This document shows, piece after piece, positions 19,294 through 29,778 of a stretch of 64,000 bases of DNA (its first letter is position 1; each line of letters begins with the position of its first letter). The DNA lies in assembly GCA_017651165.1 (NCBI GenBank), contig JAGCDH010000003.1, forward strand, positions 2,654-66,653, read 5' to 3'. The notes beneath the pieces were generated by a model. The model ran no database searches, was not told the DNA's origin, and saw nothing but the letters and a program-made list of their open reading frames with translations. The DNA comes from Bacilli bacterium. GTDB taxonomy: Bacteria; Bacillota_I; Bacilli_A; RFN20; CAG-826. Both the position numbers and the translations under genes were made by a program.

Positions 19294-19611
19294 ATGAAAC
19301 GGCCTATCTTTATTTTCTTCGGGACTTTTTTCGCTCTTTTGCCTCTTTTTTCACAAGGTAATCCTTTAGAATCGGCAGATCGCATAGTAGCAAAGGAATT
19401 GGTTAGCAATACAACACCATTGAATTATGACATTGAAACATTAGATATTTATGGGAATCATCAATTCTATAATTACGATGATTTTGAATACCAGGATGAT
19501 ATACTTACTGAAGGATATTTTCCTGAGAATTTAATTAGGCAGCAAAGCGAATTTGAAAAATATTATTCTTTACCATATAGTGCTATCTGTACTGTTTATT
19601 CCATTCATTAA
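19294..19611 (+). CDS. Hypothetical secreted protein with a signal peptide
   Basis: Extended -10 (TGTGCTAGAAT) upstream. Hydrophobic N-terminus MKRPIFIFFGTFFALLPLFS. No recognisable domain. Confidence 0.35.
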   Translation: MKRPIFIFFGTFFALLPLFSQGNPLESADRIVAKELVSNTTPLNYDIETLDIYGNHQFYNYDDFEYQDDILTEGYFPENLIRQQSEFEKYYSLPYSAICTVYSIH

Positions 19612-19613
19612 TT

Positions 19614-20111
19614 ATGAATAATAGTAAAAAAAGATTAGTTCCGTTTCTTTTATCAAATCTATTTATCGTAGCCATTTGTATTGTGGTTTTTATAATTCTT
19701 TTGAGCCAAACGATTTCTCTTTTCACATCAAAAACAGGTTCTAGTTTTCCTAAGACAATGTTTGTCCCTCACATGTCTCTTTTGTTGCTATTTCTTGTAT
19801 CACAGTTGCTTTCTCTAGTGATTGAAATAAAAATGTTTAAAAGGGAAGGGTTGCTTGAGTTTTATCGCAAAAGCGCTAAAAAAATATGTTTAATAAACAT
19901 AATTTCTTCCATTACCTTGCTTCTTGCTTGCTTCTTTTATATTTCCATATTTTCACTGAAGATAACTATTCTTTCGATTCGAGTGACATCATTATTTGAT
20001 TTGTCGATTATTGTATTGCTAACCATTGTTTTGCTTATATACCCTGTGATTTGTTTTGTCGTTTTTCTTAAAAATACCAAGCCCCAACAAACGATTGATA
20101 AGATTGATTAA
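19614..20111 (+). CDS. Hypothetical polytopic membrane protein
   Basis: About 4 TM helices. Starts 3 nt after the preceding ORF. No recognisable domain. Confidence 0.4.
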   Translation: MNNSKKRLVPFLLSNLFIVAICIVVFIILLSQTISLFTSKTGSSFPKTMFVPHMSLLLLFLVSQLLSLVIEIKMFKREGLLEFYRKSAKKICLINIISSITLLLACFFYISIFSLKITILSIRVTSLFDLSIIVLLTIVLLIYPVICFVVFLKNTKPQQTIDKID

Positions 20112-20167
20112 TTCTTTTGTCTTTTTACAACTGATGTGTTTAGAAATAGACTTTTTATCAAAAAAGT

Positions 20168-22486
20168 TTGATAATTTTATATATGCAAAACATTTATGAG
20201 ACATTTCAATTTAGCGTGATCAAAGACCATCTTTTAGAATACGCTAAAACGGAACTAGCAAAGGTTTATATTGATGAGCTAGAAATGCTTGATAATCCTA
20301 ACGCTGTCAATAGTGCTTTAGAGGATTTAAAAGAAGTCAGTTCTATCATCGTGAGATTTGGTCCTTTACCAATTGGTAATTCCGCTAACGCATTAGTGCT
20401 TATCGACCTTGCTAAGAAAACTGGATTATTAACTCCTCGTGATTTACATTTAATCGCGGAAGACGTTTTAACAATTGTCAAAATCTCCACCTATCTTAAA
20501 AAAGTAGGTGATAGTTATCCAAGAATCAAAGAACTTACTAACCAATTTATTGATTTAACTAACTTAGAAAAAGAAATACACCGTGTCATTACTAATTCTT
20601 TATCCGTTAGCGACCATGCTTCTCCAGAATTGTTTCAAATCCGCAATAAGTTAAAAAAAGTAGAAGCGACTTTGCAGTCTAAAATTGCTTCTTTAGCTTT
20701 CACTTATGGCAAATACTTAAATGATGATAATGTCACCATTAGAGATGGCCATTTCGTCTTACCAGTTAAGACGGTTGAAAAGAGCAGAGTACCGGGCATT
20801 GTTTATGATGTCAGTGATAGTGGTAATACTACATTTATTGAACCATTAGAAATCGTTCAAATTAATAATGAAATCACCGCTTTAAAGGTGCAAGAAAATG
20901 AAGAGATTCGCCGTATCTTAAAAGCCTTAACCGCTTTAGTGCTCCTTCAAGAAGGAGAAATCATTCAAAACAATAAGATTATTGCAAAGTTAGATTTCTT
21001 ATCCGCTAAGGCGATGTATGGCAAAGAAATAAATGGTGAAATCGCTGAAAAGAGCGATAAACAAACAATTGAATTAGTGGATGCTCGTCACCCATTAATC
21101 GACCCACGCAAAGTCGTGGCTAATTCCTTCTTATTGACCGAAGAAGAACCTATCATCATTATCTCTGGCCCTAATGCTGGTGGTAAAACTGTCTCACTTA
21201 AAACAGTGGGTCTCTTAGTTTTAATGAACCAATGCGGTCTTATGCTTCCCATTAGAAAAGGAACATTAGGCTACTTTAAACATATCTACATCGATATTGG
21301 CGATAACCAATCACTTAGTGATAATCTATCCACATTCTCTGCGCACATCTCACAAATTGGTGAAATCATTCACGCAGCGGGTGGCAAAGATTTAGTGCTT
21401 TTAGATGAACTTGGTACAGGTACCGATCCAAAAGAGGGTGAAGCCCTTGCAGTGGAAGTGACTAAACACCTCGAAGACAAACACGCTCTTGCGATGATTT
21501 CATCTCACTTTGCAGCGATGAAGGAATATGCTTTCTTATCTCATAAAATCTCTAATGCCTCAATGATATTTGATGAAGAGAATCTTCTCCCAACATATCG
21601 TTTTAAGCAAGGCGTGCCAGGAAAAAGCTATGCTTTAGAAGTCGCAGCGAGATATGGAATTGATGAAAAGATTGTGAAATCCGCTAAAGAATTCTTAAAA
21701 GAAAACTCTCAAAATTCCTCAAGCGAACTTTTAGATATATTGCAAAAGAAAATCGAAGAAGCCACTAAGCTTCAAGATGAATTAGCAAAGAAAGAAGCGG
21801 AAATGAATCGTCGCGAAAAGAAACTCGCTAACGATGAACAAATCTTTGAGACTAAAAAAGAAAACATGCTCAAAGATGTCAAAGAAGAAAAAGCCGAACT
21901 CATTGAAAATGCTAAGAAAGAGATTTCTGATATCATCTCCAAAATGCATAATTCCGACATGAAAGTTCATGATGTCATCGCTCTCAAGAAAGAGCTAGAA
22001 GAACTTGAAGAACAAGAAGAGGAAGAAGTGTACGATGAAGAAATCAGCGTTGATGATTTTGTTACTATTCCAAGTATGAGTATCTCTGGCAAAGTCACCA
22101 GAATTAAAGGTGATAAAGCCCATATTATATCCGATTCAGGTTTAGCGTTTGATGTCAGTAAGAATAAGCTTCACAGAGTGAATAAACCAAAAGTTGGCAA
22201 TTCTAAAGTTAGAACAACAAACTATGACTTAGGAATTAACACTAAAGTAGGTCTTGAACTAAACCTCATTGGCATGCATGTAGAAGAAGCCAAAAATTCA
22301 TTAGTTAAATATTTAGACAATTGCCGTTTAAAACGCTTAAGCCAGGTGAGAATTATTCATGGCTTTGGCAGTGGCGCTCTCCGCAAGATGGTAAGAGAGT
22401 ATTTGGATACCCAAAAGGATTTGACATATCGAGCGGGTGGCGAATATGAAGGCGGTGGTGGTTGCACCGTGGTGATTTTCAAGTGA
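20168..22486 (+). CDS. mutS2: Endonuclease MutS2 (MutS domain plus a C-terminal Smr domain)
   Basis: Walker A GPNAGGKT, a coiled-coil linker and a C-terminal Smr domain (LIGMHVEEA...RIIHGFGSGALR). Ends with a TGA stop. Confidence 0.9.
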   Translation: MIILYMQNIYETFQFSVIKDHLLEYAKTELAKVYIDELEMLDNPNAVNSALEDLKEVSSIIVRFGPLPIGNSANALVLIDLAKKTGLLTPRDLHLIAEDVLTIVKISTYLKKVGDSYPRIKELTNQFIDLTNLEKEIHRVITNSLSVSDHASPELFQIRNKLKKVEATLQSKIASLAFTYGKYLNDDNVTIRDGHFVLPVKTVEKSRVPGIVYDVSDSGNTTFIEPLEIVQINNEITALKVQENEEIRRILKALTALVLLQEGEIIQNNKIIAKLDFLSAKAMYGKEINGEIAEKSDKQTIELVDARHPLIDPRKVVANSFLLTEEEPIIIISGPNAGGKTVSLKTVGLLVLMNQCGLMLPIRKGTLGYFKHIYIDIGDNQSLSDNLSTFSAHISQIGEIIHAAGGKDLVLLDELGTGTDPKEGEALAVEVTKHLEDKHALAMISSHFAAMKEYAFLSHKISNASMIFDEENLLPTYRFKQGVPGKSYALEVAARYGIDEKIVKSAKEFLKENSQNSSSELLDILQKKIEEATKLQDELAKKEAEMNRREKKLANDEQIFETKKENMLKDVKEEKAELIENAKKEISDIISKMHNSDMKVHDVIALKKELEELEEQEEEEVYDEEISVDDFVTIPSMSISGKVTRIKGDKAHIISDSGLAFDVSKNKLHRVNKPKVGNSKVRTTNYDLGINTKVGLELNLIGMHVEEAKNSLVKYLDNCRLKRLSQVRIIHGFGSGALRKMVREYLDTQKDLTYRAGGEYEGGGGCTVVIFK

Positions 22487-24231
22487 AAGAAAGAATCAAA
22501 ACATGTATCGATAATTTAAAGCATCTTCCCGGTGTTTATTTGATGCATGATAAAGACGACAAAATCATCTATATTGGTAAAGCTAAAGATTTGTTTAAAA
22601 GAGTGTCTCAATATTTCTTAAGGCCACAAGTGGGTAAGGTTGCTAAGATGGCCTTTGAAGCGGAATACTTTGAGACAATTATCACTAATAATGAGAAGGA
22701 AGCATTAATTCTCGAAATGAATCTCATCCAGACTCATTATCCTAAATTTAATATATTATTAAAAGATGGTAGTCATTACCCGTATATTGGTTTAAAGAAA
22801 ACCGGATATCCATTCCTTCAAATCAAAAGAAACACTAAAGATAAGTCATTTGACTACTTCGGCCCTTTCCCAAGATCATCAAGTGCTTATGAGACAATTG
22901 ACTTATGCAATAAGATCTATCCTTTGAGGAAGTGCAATCACATTCCGGGCACTGCGTGTCTTTATTATCACCTTGGACAATGTCTCGCTCCATGTATCAA
23001 CGATGTCTCAGTTGAGACAGAAAACCAAATTCGCGAAGATGTTAAGTCGTTTTTAAGAGGCAACAACTCCGATGTTAAAACGGAACTCACTAAGAAAATG
23101 CTCGCAGCCTCTGATGCTTGCGACTTTGAGAACGCAAAAGAGTATAAAAGTCTCATCGATGCGATTTCTCATATCAACATTCCGCAGAACATGGAGTCTA
23201 ATGATAAAAAAGACCGCGATATTTTCGCGTTTTCCTCTAGAGAGGGTTATTTATCATTAGCGGTCCTTTTGTTCCGTAAAGGCGCTCTTTTAGATAAAAA
23301 AGTCTATATTGTGGAAGAATTCGACAACAACGAAGAACAAGTTGCAGATTTAATTCTCCAATTCTATCAAAAAGTCCCATTGCCACAGGAAGTGGTGATC
23401 AATAACGAAACAGTCGTGGATCTTTTAAGTGATTTAATCGACGCTAGTGTATTCAGTATTAGTAAAGGAAAACTCCATGATTTAGTGTTGACTGCAAAGC
23501 AGAACGCTAACAACGCTCTTGATGAATACTTCTTAAGTGCGCGTTTAGATGATGACAAATTAGCGCTCCTTGAAGAACTTGGTCAAATTATCAATATTGA
23601 GACACCTTTAAGAATTGAACTATTCGATAACTCACACTTACAAGGTTCTTCTCCAGTAGGCGCAGTTGTGGTTTTTATCAATGGTGAACCCGCTAAAAAG
23701 CTATATCGTAAATACAAGATTGAACACGAAGAAGCCAGAGACGATCTTAAGTCAATGGAAGAAATCGTCTTCAGACGCTATTCAAGATTAAAAGAAGAAA
23801 ACAAAGAAATGCCAAACCTCATTCTCGTCGATGGTGGCCTTAATCAAATCATCGCCGCGGATAAGGCTCTCAAACAAGCGGATGTTAAAATCAATCTCTT
23901 TGGTTTGGTCAAAAACAATAAACACCAAACCGCGGGTTTAATGGATATCAACGGTCATGTCTTTAATATTGAAAACAAGAACATCTTCTTTATGCTTACA
24001 AGGATGCAAGATGAAGTGCATCGCTTTGCGATAACCTTCCATCAATCTTTAAGAAATAAGAAAATGAAATCATCTCTCTTAGACGACATCAAAGGATTAG
24101 GAGATAAGAGGAAAGAACTCATTAATAAAGCCTATCCTGATATTAATCTTTTAAAAGAAGCCACTGTCGAAGAACTTAGTCAGCTCCTTCCTAAAGATGT
24201 AGCCGAAGAATTATATGATAAACTGCATTAA
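22462..24231 (+). CDS. uvrC: Excinuclease ABC subunit C
   Basis: GIY-YIG motif (GVYLMHDKDDKIIYIGKAKDL), a UvrBC domain and a C-terminal HhH. The true start is probably GTG 22483 rather than the track's TTG 22462. It overlaps the 3' end of mutS2. Confidence 0.9.
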   Translation: MHRGDFQVKERIKTCIDNLKHLPGVYLMHDKDDKIIYIGKAKDLFKRVSQYFLRPQVGKVAKMAFEAEYFETIITNNEKEALILEMNLIQTHYPKFNILLKDGSHYPYIGLKKTGYPFLQIKRNTKDKSFDYFGPFPRSSSAYETIDLCNKIYPLRKCNHIPGTACLYYHLGQCLAPCINDVSVETENQIREDVKSFLRGNNSDVKTELTKKMLAASDACDFENAKEYKSLIDAISHINIPQNMESNDKKDRDIFAFSSREGYLSLAVLLFRKGALLDKKVYIVEEFDNNEEQVADLILQFYQKVPLPQEVVINNETVVDLLSDLIDASVFSISKGKLHDLVLTAKQNANNALDEYFLSARLDDDKLALLEELGQIINIETPLRIELFDNSHLQGSSPVGAVVVFINGEPAKKLYRKYKIEHEEARDDLKSMEEIVFRRYSRLKEENKEMPNLILVDGGLNQIIAADKALKQADVKINLFGLVKNNKHQTAGLMDINGHVFNIENKNIFFMLTRMQDEVHRFAITFHQSLRNKKMKSSLLDDIKGLGDKRKELINKAYPDINLLKEATVEELSQLLPKDVAEELYDKLH

Positions 24232-24278
24232 TTCTTGCAAATAACTAACCTTTTATTTAATATAGTTATCGCTGACAT

Positions 24279-24355
24279 GCGCTTGTAGCTCAGTTGGATA
24301 GAGCAACAGCCTTCTAAGCTGTGGGTCAGGCGTTCGAGTCGCCTCAAGCGTGCCA
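24279..24355 (+). tRNA. tRNA-Arg (anticodon UCU), with encoded CCA
   Basis: Manual cloverleaf fold. Acceptor GCGCTTG/CAAGCGT (one G-U pair), D-arm GCTC-AGTTGGATA-GAGC, anticodon stem ACAGC/GCTGT with loop CTTCTAA, T-arm AGGCG-TTCGAGT-CGCCT, discriminator G, then CCA. Confidence 0.85.
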
Positions 24356-24366
24356 TTAGTAAAATT

Positions 24367-24389
24367 CCGAGTCTTGTACTCGGTTTTTT
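24367..24389 (+). terminator. Rho-independent terminator after tRNA-Arg
   Basis: CCGAGT-cttgt-ACTCGG followed by TTTTTT. Confidence 0.6.
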
Positions 24390-24620
24390 CTTATCATTTT
24401 TCTTCTCATATTTTTTATCGGCTACATTATATATATAACGGAGTAAAAGAATGCTATCAGATAAAGAAATTGAGAACGCTTAAAATACAATTATTTATGA
24501 AATAACTAACTATGTAGAGATTATATGACAATCTTGTTATAGATCCCTACCTTTTTATATTATTATTGCATTTTGAATTATGCGCGCTCATACTAAAAGA
24601 GTAATAATTTTATATAGCTT

Positions 24621-27600
24621 ATGGCTTATTCATCCGTTGCAATCATTGCTCTAGTAGTTCTTTTCATCACCAATTACGATTTACTCTTTAAAAGAAGAAC
24701 ATCGGACAAAATTCCCGCCCGTCGACATTATCGTTTCTTTTTAATTAGTGTCGGCTTTTTCTATATTTGTGACTTAATTTGGGGCTTGTTTGAAACTTAC
24801 AATGTCCATTTCGGCGATTACGCAATTACTGTTTTCTTCTTTGCCATGATGTCATTGTCTGTCTGCCTTTGGTCTTTCTATGTTGTCGCCTATTTAGGCC
24901 ATAGGAAATTCTTCTCTCTATTTTTAAAAATAATTGGTCTAGTTTTACTAGCGTCTGGCATTGTTTTGATTACAATCAACTTCTTCCAACCAATCATGTT
25001 TAGATTCGTCAATAAAACAGTGGATGGAGTGCAAGTACGTGCATATGAAGCTCTCACCTTTAGAACTGTTTATTATATCGCTCAAGGCGTGATGTTCCTT
25101 TTGACATCGATTTATGCCTTTGTTTTTGCTTATTTTAATAGAAAAGAAACTAAAGCCAGAACAAAGCACATCGCAATTGGTATTTTCGGACTCGTGATGA
25201 CAGTATTCATTTCCATGCAGATATTATTCCCATCCGCTCCAATATATTCGTTTGGTTATTTGCTTGGCTTACTAGTGATCAACACCTTCGTTGTCACCGA
25301 ACAAAAGAAAGAATATCGTGTCGCTTTAGCCGAAGGCTTAGACCGTGAAAAGAAAGCCCAAGAAGAATTAGGCGAAACCAAACAAATGGCGTATGTCGAT
25401 TCCTTAACTGGCGCTAAAAGCATGCACGCCTATGTTGAATTAGAAGAAAGCATTGACCATATGATTGCCGATGAGACAATCACTGATTTCGCTGTCGTTG
25501 TCTTAGACCTTAATGATTTAAAATACGTTAATGATAAATTAGGCCATGATGCTGGTGACCAATACTTAGTTGACTCTGTCAGAATCATTAGACATTGCTT
25601 CAAAGATGCTGATTTATATCGTTTCGGTGGTGATGAATTCGCCTTGCTTTTAAAAGGCGCTAGTCTAAAGAACTGCCACGAAAAGATTGATGCTTTCAAT
25701 AGAATGATTGAAAAGAACTTTGAAACTGGTGAGCCAATTATTTCTGCGGGTTTATCCATTTTTAGACCAGGGCAAGACAATACTTATCGTTCCGTCTTTA
25801 AACGCGCTGACGAAAGGATGTATATTCGCAAGAAACAATTAAAAGAAATTGGCCGCATAAATGTTTCAAAGTCGCAAAAAACTAAACTCAATCCTGAAGA
25901 ATATGAAAAATACATGAAAGCGGAGCTCCAAAAGAATCGAGAAGAATCTTTGAACAGGAGAAATCCTCGTTTTGCTTTCTATAAACTGTTCTATCGCAAT
26001 GAAAATTATTCCTTAATGGATATGCTTAATAATTCGACATGTGATGAAATTGTTGAGATTAATCTCAAAGAAGATACATTTAATCAAAGATTCCACGTTG
26101 ATGGTAAGTATTTCACCCCAACGATTTCCGATGTATCTTTCGTTGACCTATTTGATTTCACTTCTAAACACATCGTTCACCCTGATGATCGAGAAATCTA
26201 TATCAAGTTCATGAATCCAGAGGGTTTGTTAGACCGATTAAGAAATAGTGAAATCCCTTATTTTGACTGCGAACAATTTAGATATAAATTACAAGACGGT
26301 AGTTACCGTTACGTTGAACAATGCTTAATCACAGGCTTAGAAAACGGTATTCCAGATGGCGTTATTAGACTTTATGTCTTTGATGTGCAAAACTACAAAG
26401 CCCGTCAAATTGGTGTGGCCGGTAACGAAAAGAACATCATTTCTGTAGGCCGTGACTCCGTCACTAGCTTGCTTCGTGAAAAAGAGTTCTTAGCGAAAGC
26501 CGAGACCATGATTACTGACCAGCCTGATGTGAACTGGTGTTTGGCCTCTATCGATATTAAACACTTCCGTTTCTTCGATGAATGGTATGGTCGTGATTCT
26601 GGTGATTTGCTTTTAGCAAAAATCGGTGTTGCCTTAGCGGAATCTGAGGCTGAATTTAATGCCCTCAGTGGTTATTTTGGTAAAGATGACTTCGCTATGC
26701 TCATGCCATATGATGAAGCAATTATTAAAACAATTTATGACCGTATTAAAGAGATGATTATGACCTTTGGTTCAACCGCTGGATTTACTCCTGCATTTGG
26801 TATTGCCATGGTGGAAAAAGGTGCTTCTTTAGTTGATATCTTTGATAGAGCCACAATCGCATCCGCGAAAGCAAAATCTGATATTAGTAACCGTATCTGC
26901 GTTTATACTCCAGAAATGCAGTTCTTAGCGCAGAAAGAATATCGTTTGTTATCGGAATACGCTCAAGCCTTAAAAGATGATGAAATCACCTTCTATTTGC
27001 AACCGCAGTGCCGTATCTCTTCTAGTAAGATAGTTGGTGTTGAAGCTTTAGCTCGTTGGATTAAGAAAGATGGGACAATTGTTTCTCCAGGTGAGTTCGT
27101 TCCAGTTTTAGAAAAATATGGCTTTATTCCTGACTTAGATATTTATCTATGGGACAAAGCATGCGCTGAACTATCAAGGTGGATTAAAGAAGGCCACCCT
27201 GCTGTTCCTGTCTCATTTAATGTCGCAAGAGCGGACCTCTTCGCCATTGATGTTGCTGATCACTTTATTAAACTCGCTGAAAAGTATAATATTCCACATA
27301 ACTTAATTAAGATTGAAATTACCGAATCTTCTTACGTCGAAGCCTCTGATTTAGTCGATGGTGTTGTAAGACGCTTGCACGACAACGGCTTCATGGTCTT
27401 AATGGATGACTTCGGTAGTGGTTATTCTTCCTTAAATATGCTCAGCAATCTTAAGATTGACGCGATCAAATTAGACGCGCATTTCTTGCACATGGAAGGT
27501 GAAGACTATGAAAAAGCCATTCACATTTTAGAGTCCGTTGTTAACATGGCAAAAACAATTGGTTTACCAATCATCGTCGAAGGCGTGGAGAAGAAAGACC

Positions 27601-28508
27601 AAGTTGACTTTATTGAAAGTTTAGGTTGCCGCTATATCCAAGGTTACTATTTCTATAAGCCAATGCCATTTAGTGAGCTTGAAAAACTTGTAACTAACGC
27701 TGATAATGTTGATCCACGTGGCTTTGTCGTCAAACTCAACGAACAAGTGCGTATTAGAGAATTCTTGGATAAAAATATCTATTCTGATTCCATGCTTAAT
27801 AACATTATTGGTCCAGTAGCCTTCTATTCATGGACTGGAGAAAAGACCGATATTGTTCGTTACAACGAACAGTTCTATAAAGCTGTTCATGTACCAGAGT
27901 TCGCTGATCGTTTGGAAAACATCGAAAGATTTATTCACGCTGAAGATGGCCCAAAGATGCATAACGCTTTTAAAAAAGCTATAGAAAACAAACTTAACGG
28001 TGCAACTGAGATATTAAGATTCTATACGCCTGATGGCACAGTTTTGAGTTTCAGCATGCATTTCTATTACATGGGTAAAAAAGAAGGTGGCGAAAGCTTC
28101 TATGGTGCCGCGCAAAACGTCACTGAATTATCTGACTTAAAAGAAGAAAGGAGATTGATGGCTAGCTATTCGAAAGAAGGCTTAGCGTTCATTAGAAAAG
28201 TCAATGATCAATACATCTATTCCGTGATGTCTAGTGGTTTATCTGATGTCTTTGACATCACTCCATTAGAATTAGAAAGAGAACTTAATGATCATGAGTT
28301 TGCAAGAAAGCGTGTTGTGAACCGCAAAAAATATGATGCATTTATCAAATCCTTCCTTGCATACACAAAAGAGAAAAAGAACTTTGAAGCTTCTTTTGAA
28401 GTATATGATTGTAATCGTCAACCTTTGACGCTACACTTATCGTTCACATGTGTTGATGGTTTATCCAATAATATCGAATATATCCTTAGAACTACGTTCC
28501 TGGGATAA
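24621..28508 (+). CDS. Membrane-anchored c-di-GMP signalling protein: N-terminal 7-TM region, GGDEF, linker, degenerate GGDEF, EAL, and a C-terminal domain of unknown function
   Basis: About 7 N-terminal TM helices. First GGDEF domain carries the intact motif RFGGDEFALLL. The second GGDEF-like domain has GKDDFAMLM in the motif position. The EAL domain shows EALARW, DDFGSGYSSL and EGVE...QGYYF. The last roughly 250 aa are unassigned. Confidence 0.8.
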   Translation: MAYSSVAIIALVVLFITNYDLLFKRRTSDKIPARRHYRFFLISVGFFYICDLIWGLFETYNVHFGDYAITVFFFAMMSLSVCLWSFYVVAYLGHRKFFSLFLKIIGLVLLASGIVLITINFFQPIMFRFVNKTVDGVQVRAYEALTFRTVYYIAQGVMFLLTSIYAFVFAYFNRKETKARTKHIAIGIFGLVMTVFISMQILFPSAPIYSFGYLLGLLVINTFVVTEQKKEYRVALAEGLDREKKAQEELGETKQMAYVDSLTGAKSMHAYVELEESIDHMIADETITDFAVVVLDLNDLKYVNDKLGHDAGDQYLVDSVRIIRHCFKDADLYRFGGDEFALLLKGASLKNCHEKIDAFNRMIEKNFETGEPIISAGLSIFRPGQDNTYRSVFKRADERMYIRKKQLKEIGRINVSKSQKTKLNPEEYEKYMKAELQKNREESLNRRNPRFAFYKLFYRNENYSLMDMLNNSTCDEIVEINLKEDTFNQRFHVDGKYFTPTISDVSFVDLFDFTSKHIVHPDDREIYIKFMNPEGLLDRLRNSEIPYFDCEQFRYKLQDGSYRYVEQCLITGLENGIPDGVIRLYVFDVQNYKARQIGVAGNEKNIISVGRDSVTSLLREKEFLAKAETMITDQPDVNWCLASIDIKHFRFFDEWYGRDSGDLLLAKIGVALAESEAEFNALSGYFGKDDFAMLMPYDEAIIKTIYDRIKEMIMTFGSTAGFTPAFGIAMVEKGASLVDIFDRATIASAKAKSDISNRICVYTPEMQFLAQKEYRLLSEYAQALKDDEITFYLQPQCRISSSKIVGVEALARWIKKDGTIVSPGEFVPVLEKYGFIPDLDIYLWDKACAELSRWIKEGHPAVPVSFNVARADLFAIDVADHFIKLAEKYNIPHNLIKIEITESSYVEASDLVDGVVRRLHDNGFMVLMDDFGSGYSSLNMLSNLKIDAIKLDAHFLHMEGEDYEKAIHILESVVNMAKTIGLPIIVEGVEKKDQVDFIESLGCRYIQGYYFYKPMPFSELEKLVTNADNVDPRGFVVKLNEQVRIREFLDKNIYSDSMLNNIIGPVAFYSWTGEKTDIVRYNEQFYKAVHVPEFADRLENIERFIHAEDGPKMHNAFKKAIENKLNGATEILRFYTPDGTVLSFSMHFYYMGKKEGGESFYGAAQNVTELSDLKEERRLMASYSKEGLAFIRKVNDQYIYSVMSSGLSDVFDITPLELERELNDHEFARKRVVNRKKYDAFIKSFLAYTKEKKNFEASFEVYDCNRQPLTLHLSFTCVDGLSNNIEYILRTTFLG

Positions 28509-28552
28509 GGGTAGTTGATAAAACGGTGAAAGTAATATAAACTGATTAAGTT

Positions 28553-28867
28553 ATGGCAAGACGTTATCGTGACGGCCGTGATGGCCCATTAGTAGACGAA
28601 GAAAAAGAAAAACCAAGGATTGAATGGGAAAACAAAATATTGTTTATCCTCATGCCTTCCGTTGGCTTGATCGCTTTTGTTTTTGGCTTGCTTGGCGCAA
28701 TCTTGGCTTTCAGCAGTGATGAGCGTTTCAAAAATTACCGTATACCTGTTGGTATTTTCCTCGTTATTTTAGCTCTTCTTGGAGCGGGTGGCATTGCATA
28801 TGGCGTTGTGAAATTCATCCAAAAGCGCAAGAGCAAAGAGAAGAAACCTGAACAAAGAAAAGAATAA
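28553..28867 (+). CDS. Small 2-TM membrane protein with highly charged termini
   Basis: 104 aa. The N-terminus MARRYRDGRDGPLVDEEKEK is charged, two hydrophobic helices follow, and the tail is Lys-rich and ends ...KKPEQRKE. Confidence 0.4.
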   Translation: MARRYRDGRDGPLVDEEKEKPRIEWENKILFILMPSVGLIAFVFGLLGAILAFSSDERFKNYRIPVGIFLVILALLGAGGIAYGVVKFIQKRKSKEKKPEQRKE

Positions 28868-28917
28868 TAAGTAATCTCCGATGCATTCGAAGATTTCTTT
28901 TTTAAAAAGAGGTTAAC

Positions 28918-29778
28918 ATGAATTGCTGGTTAATTGTTAATACATTCATGGAAAGTGAAAAGTTTAAGAATCTCTATAAACTTCTTTTTGATGCATTTGA
29001 TAAACGTGGTGTCTCTTTAACAATCAAAAGGGCACAAGATATCTCTTTAGAAGTCGGAAAAGAGATCAAAGAAAAACCAGAGTTCGCCATCTTTTGGGAC
29101 AAAGACATCTATTTAGCAGAACGTCTTGAAGCCCAAGGAATTAGACTTTTTAATAGTAGTCGCGCAATTAATCTCTGCGACAACAAAATATTGATGTATC
29201 AAGAATTGATCAAACACCAAATAAGGATTCCAAGAACACTAGTGGCTCCTAAAACATTTGAGGGACTTGGCTATAAAGATTTGGCTTTTGTTAAGGAAGC
29301 CGGAAAAGAATTAGGCTGGCCTTTAGTTATTAAAGAAGCGTATGGCTCCTTTGGAGAACAAGTCTATTTGGCTAATGATATGGATGAGGCTGAAAAGATT
29401 ATTACCGCTATTGGCTATCATGATTTTCTTATGCAAGAATTCATCGCTTCCTCAAAAGGTAAAGATGTCAGGATCAATGTTATTGGAGAGCAAGTAATTG
29501 CTTCTATGCTCCGTGAGAATAAAAACGATTTCCGTAGCAATATCTCTAATGGTGGAAAAGGTGTGAATTTTTCACCTAATCAAGACTATATCGACCTCGC
29601 CATTAAAGCAGTTAAGGCATTAGGTTTAGATTTTGCTGGTGTTGATGTTTTATTTGGCGAAGACGGACCAATAATCTGTGAAGTTAATTCGAATCCACAA
29701 TTTGCGAGCACTTTATCCGCGACCGGCATCAATTTAGCGGACTTTATCGCTGATTATATTTTGAGACAAGTATGTTAA
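28918..29778 (+). CDS. RimK-family ATP-grasp ligase (alpha-L-glutamate ligase-like), paralog 1
   Basis: Aligns by eye with E. coli RimK: LVIKEAYGSFGEQV, DFRSNISNGGKG, LDFAGVDVLFGEDGPIICEVNSNPQF. Confidence 0.75.
   Translation: MNCWLIVNTFMESEKFKNLYKLLFDAFDKRGVSLTIKRAQDISLEVGKEIKEKPEFAIFWDKDIYLAERLEAQGIRLFNSSRAINLCDNKILMYQELIKHQIRIPRTLVAPKTFEGLGYKDLAFVKEAGKELGWPLVIKEAYGSFGEQVYLANDMDEAEKIITAIGYHDFLMQEFIASSKGKDVRINVIGEQVIASMLRENKNDFRSNISNGGKGVNFSPNQDYIDLAIKAVKALGLDFAGVDVLFGEDGPIICEVNSNPQFASTLSATGINLADFIADYILRQVC

Noticed and set aside
22462-22486. mutS2/uvrC 25-nt overlap as a programmed frameshift or fusion
   Set aside because: The two genes are in different frames, each with its own plausible start; GTG 22483 is preceded by GGTGA. 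It is an ordinary overlapping gene junction. The track's TTG start simply extends the ORF upstream.
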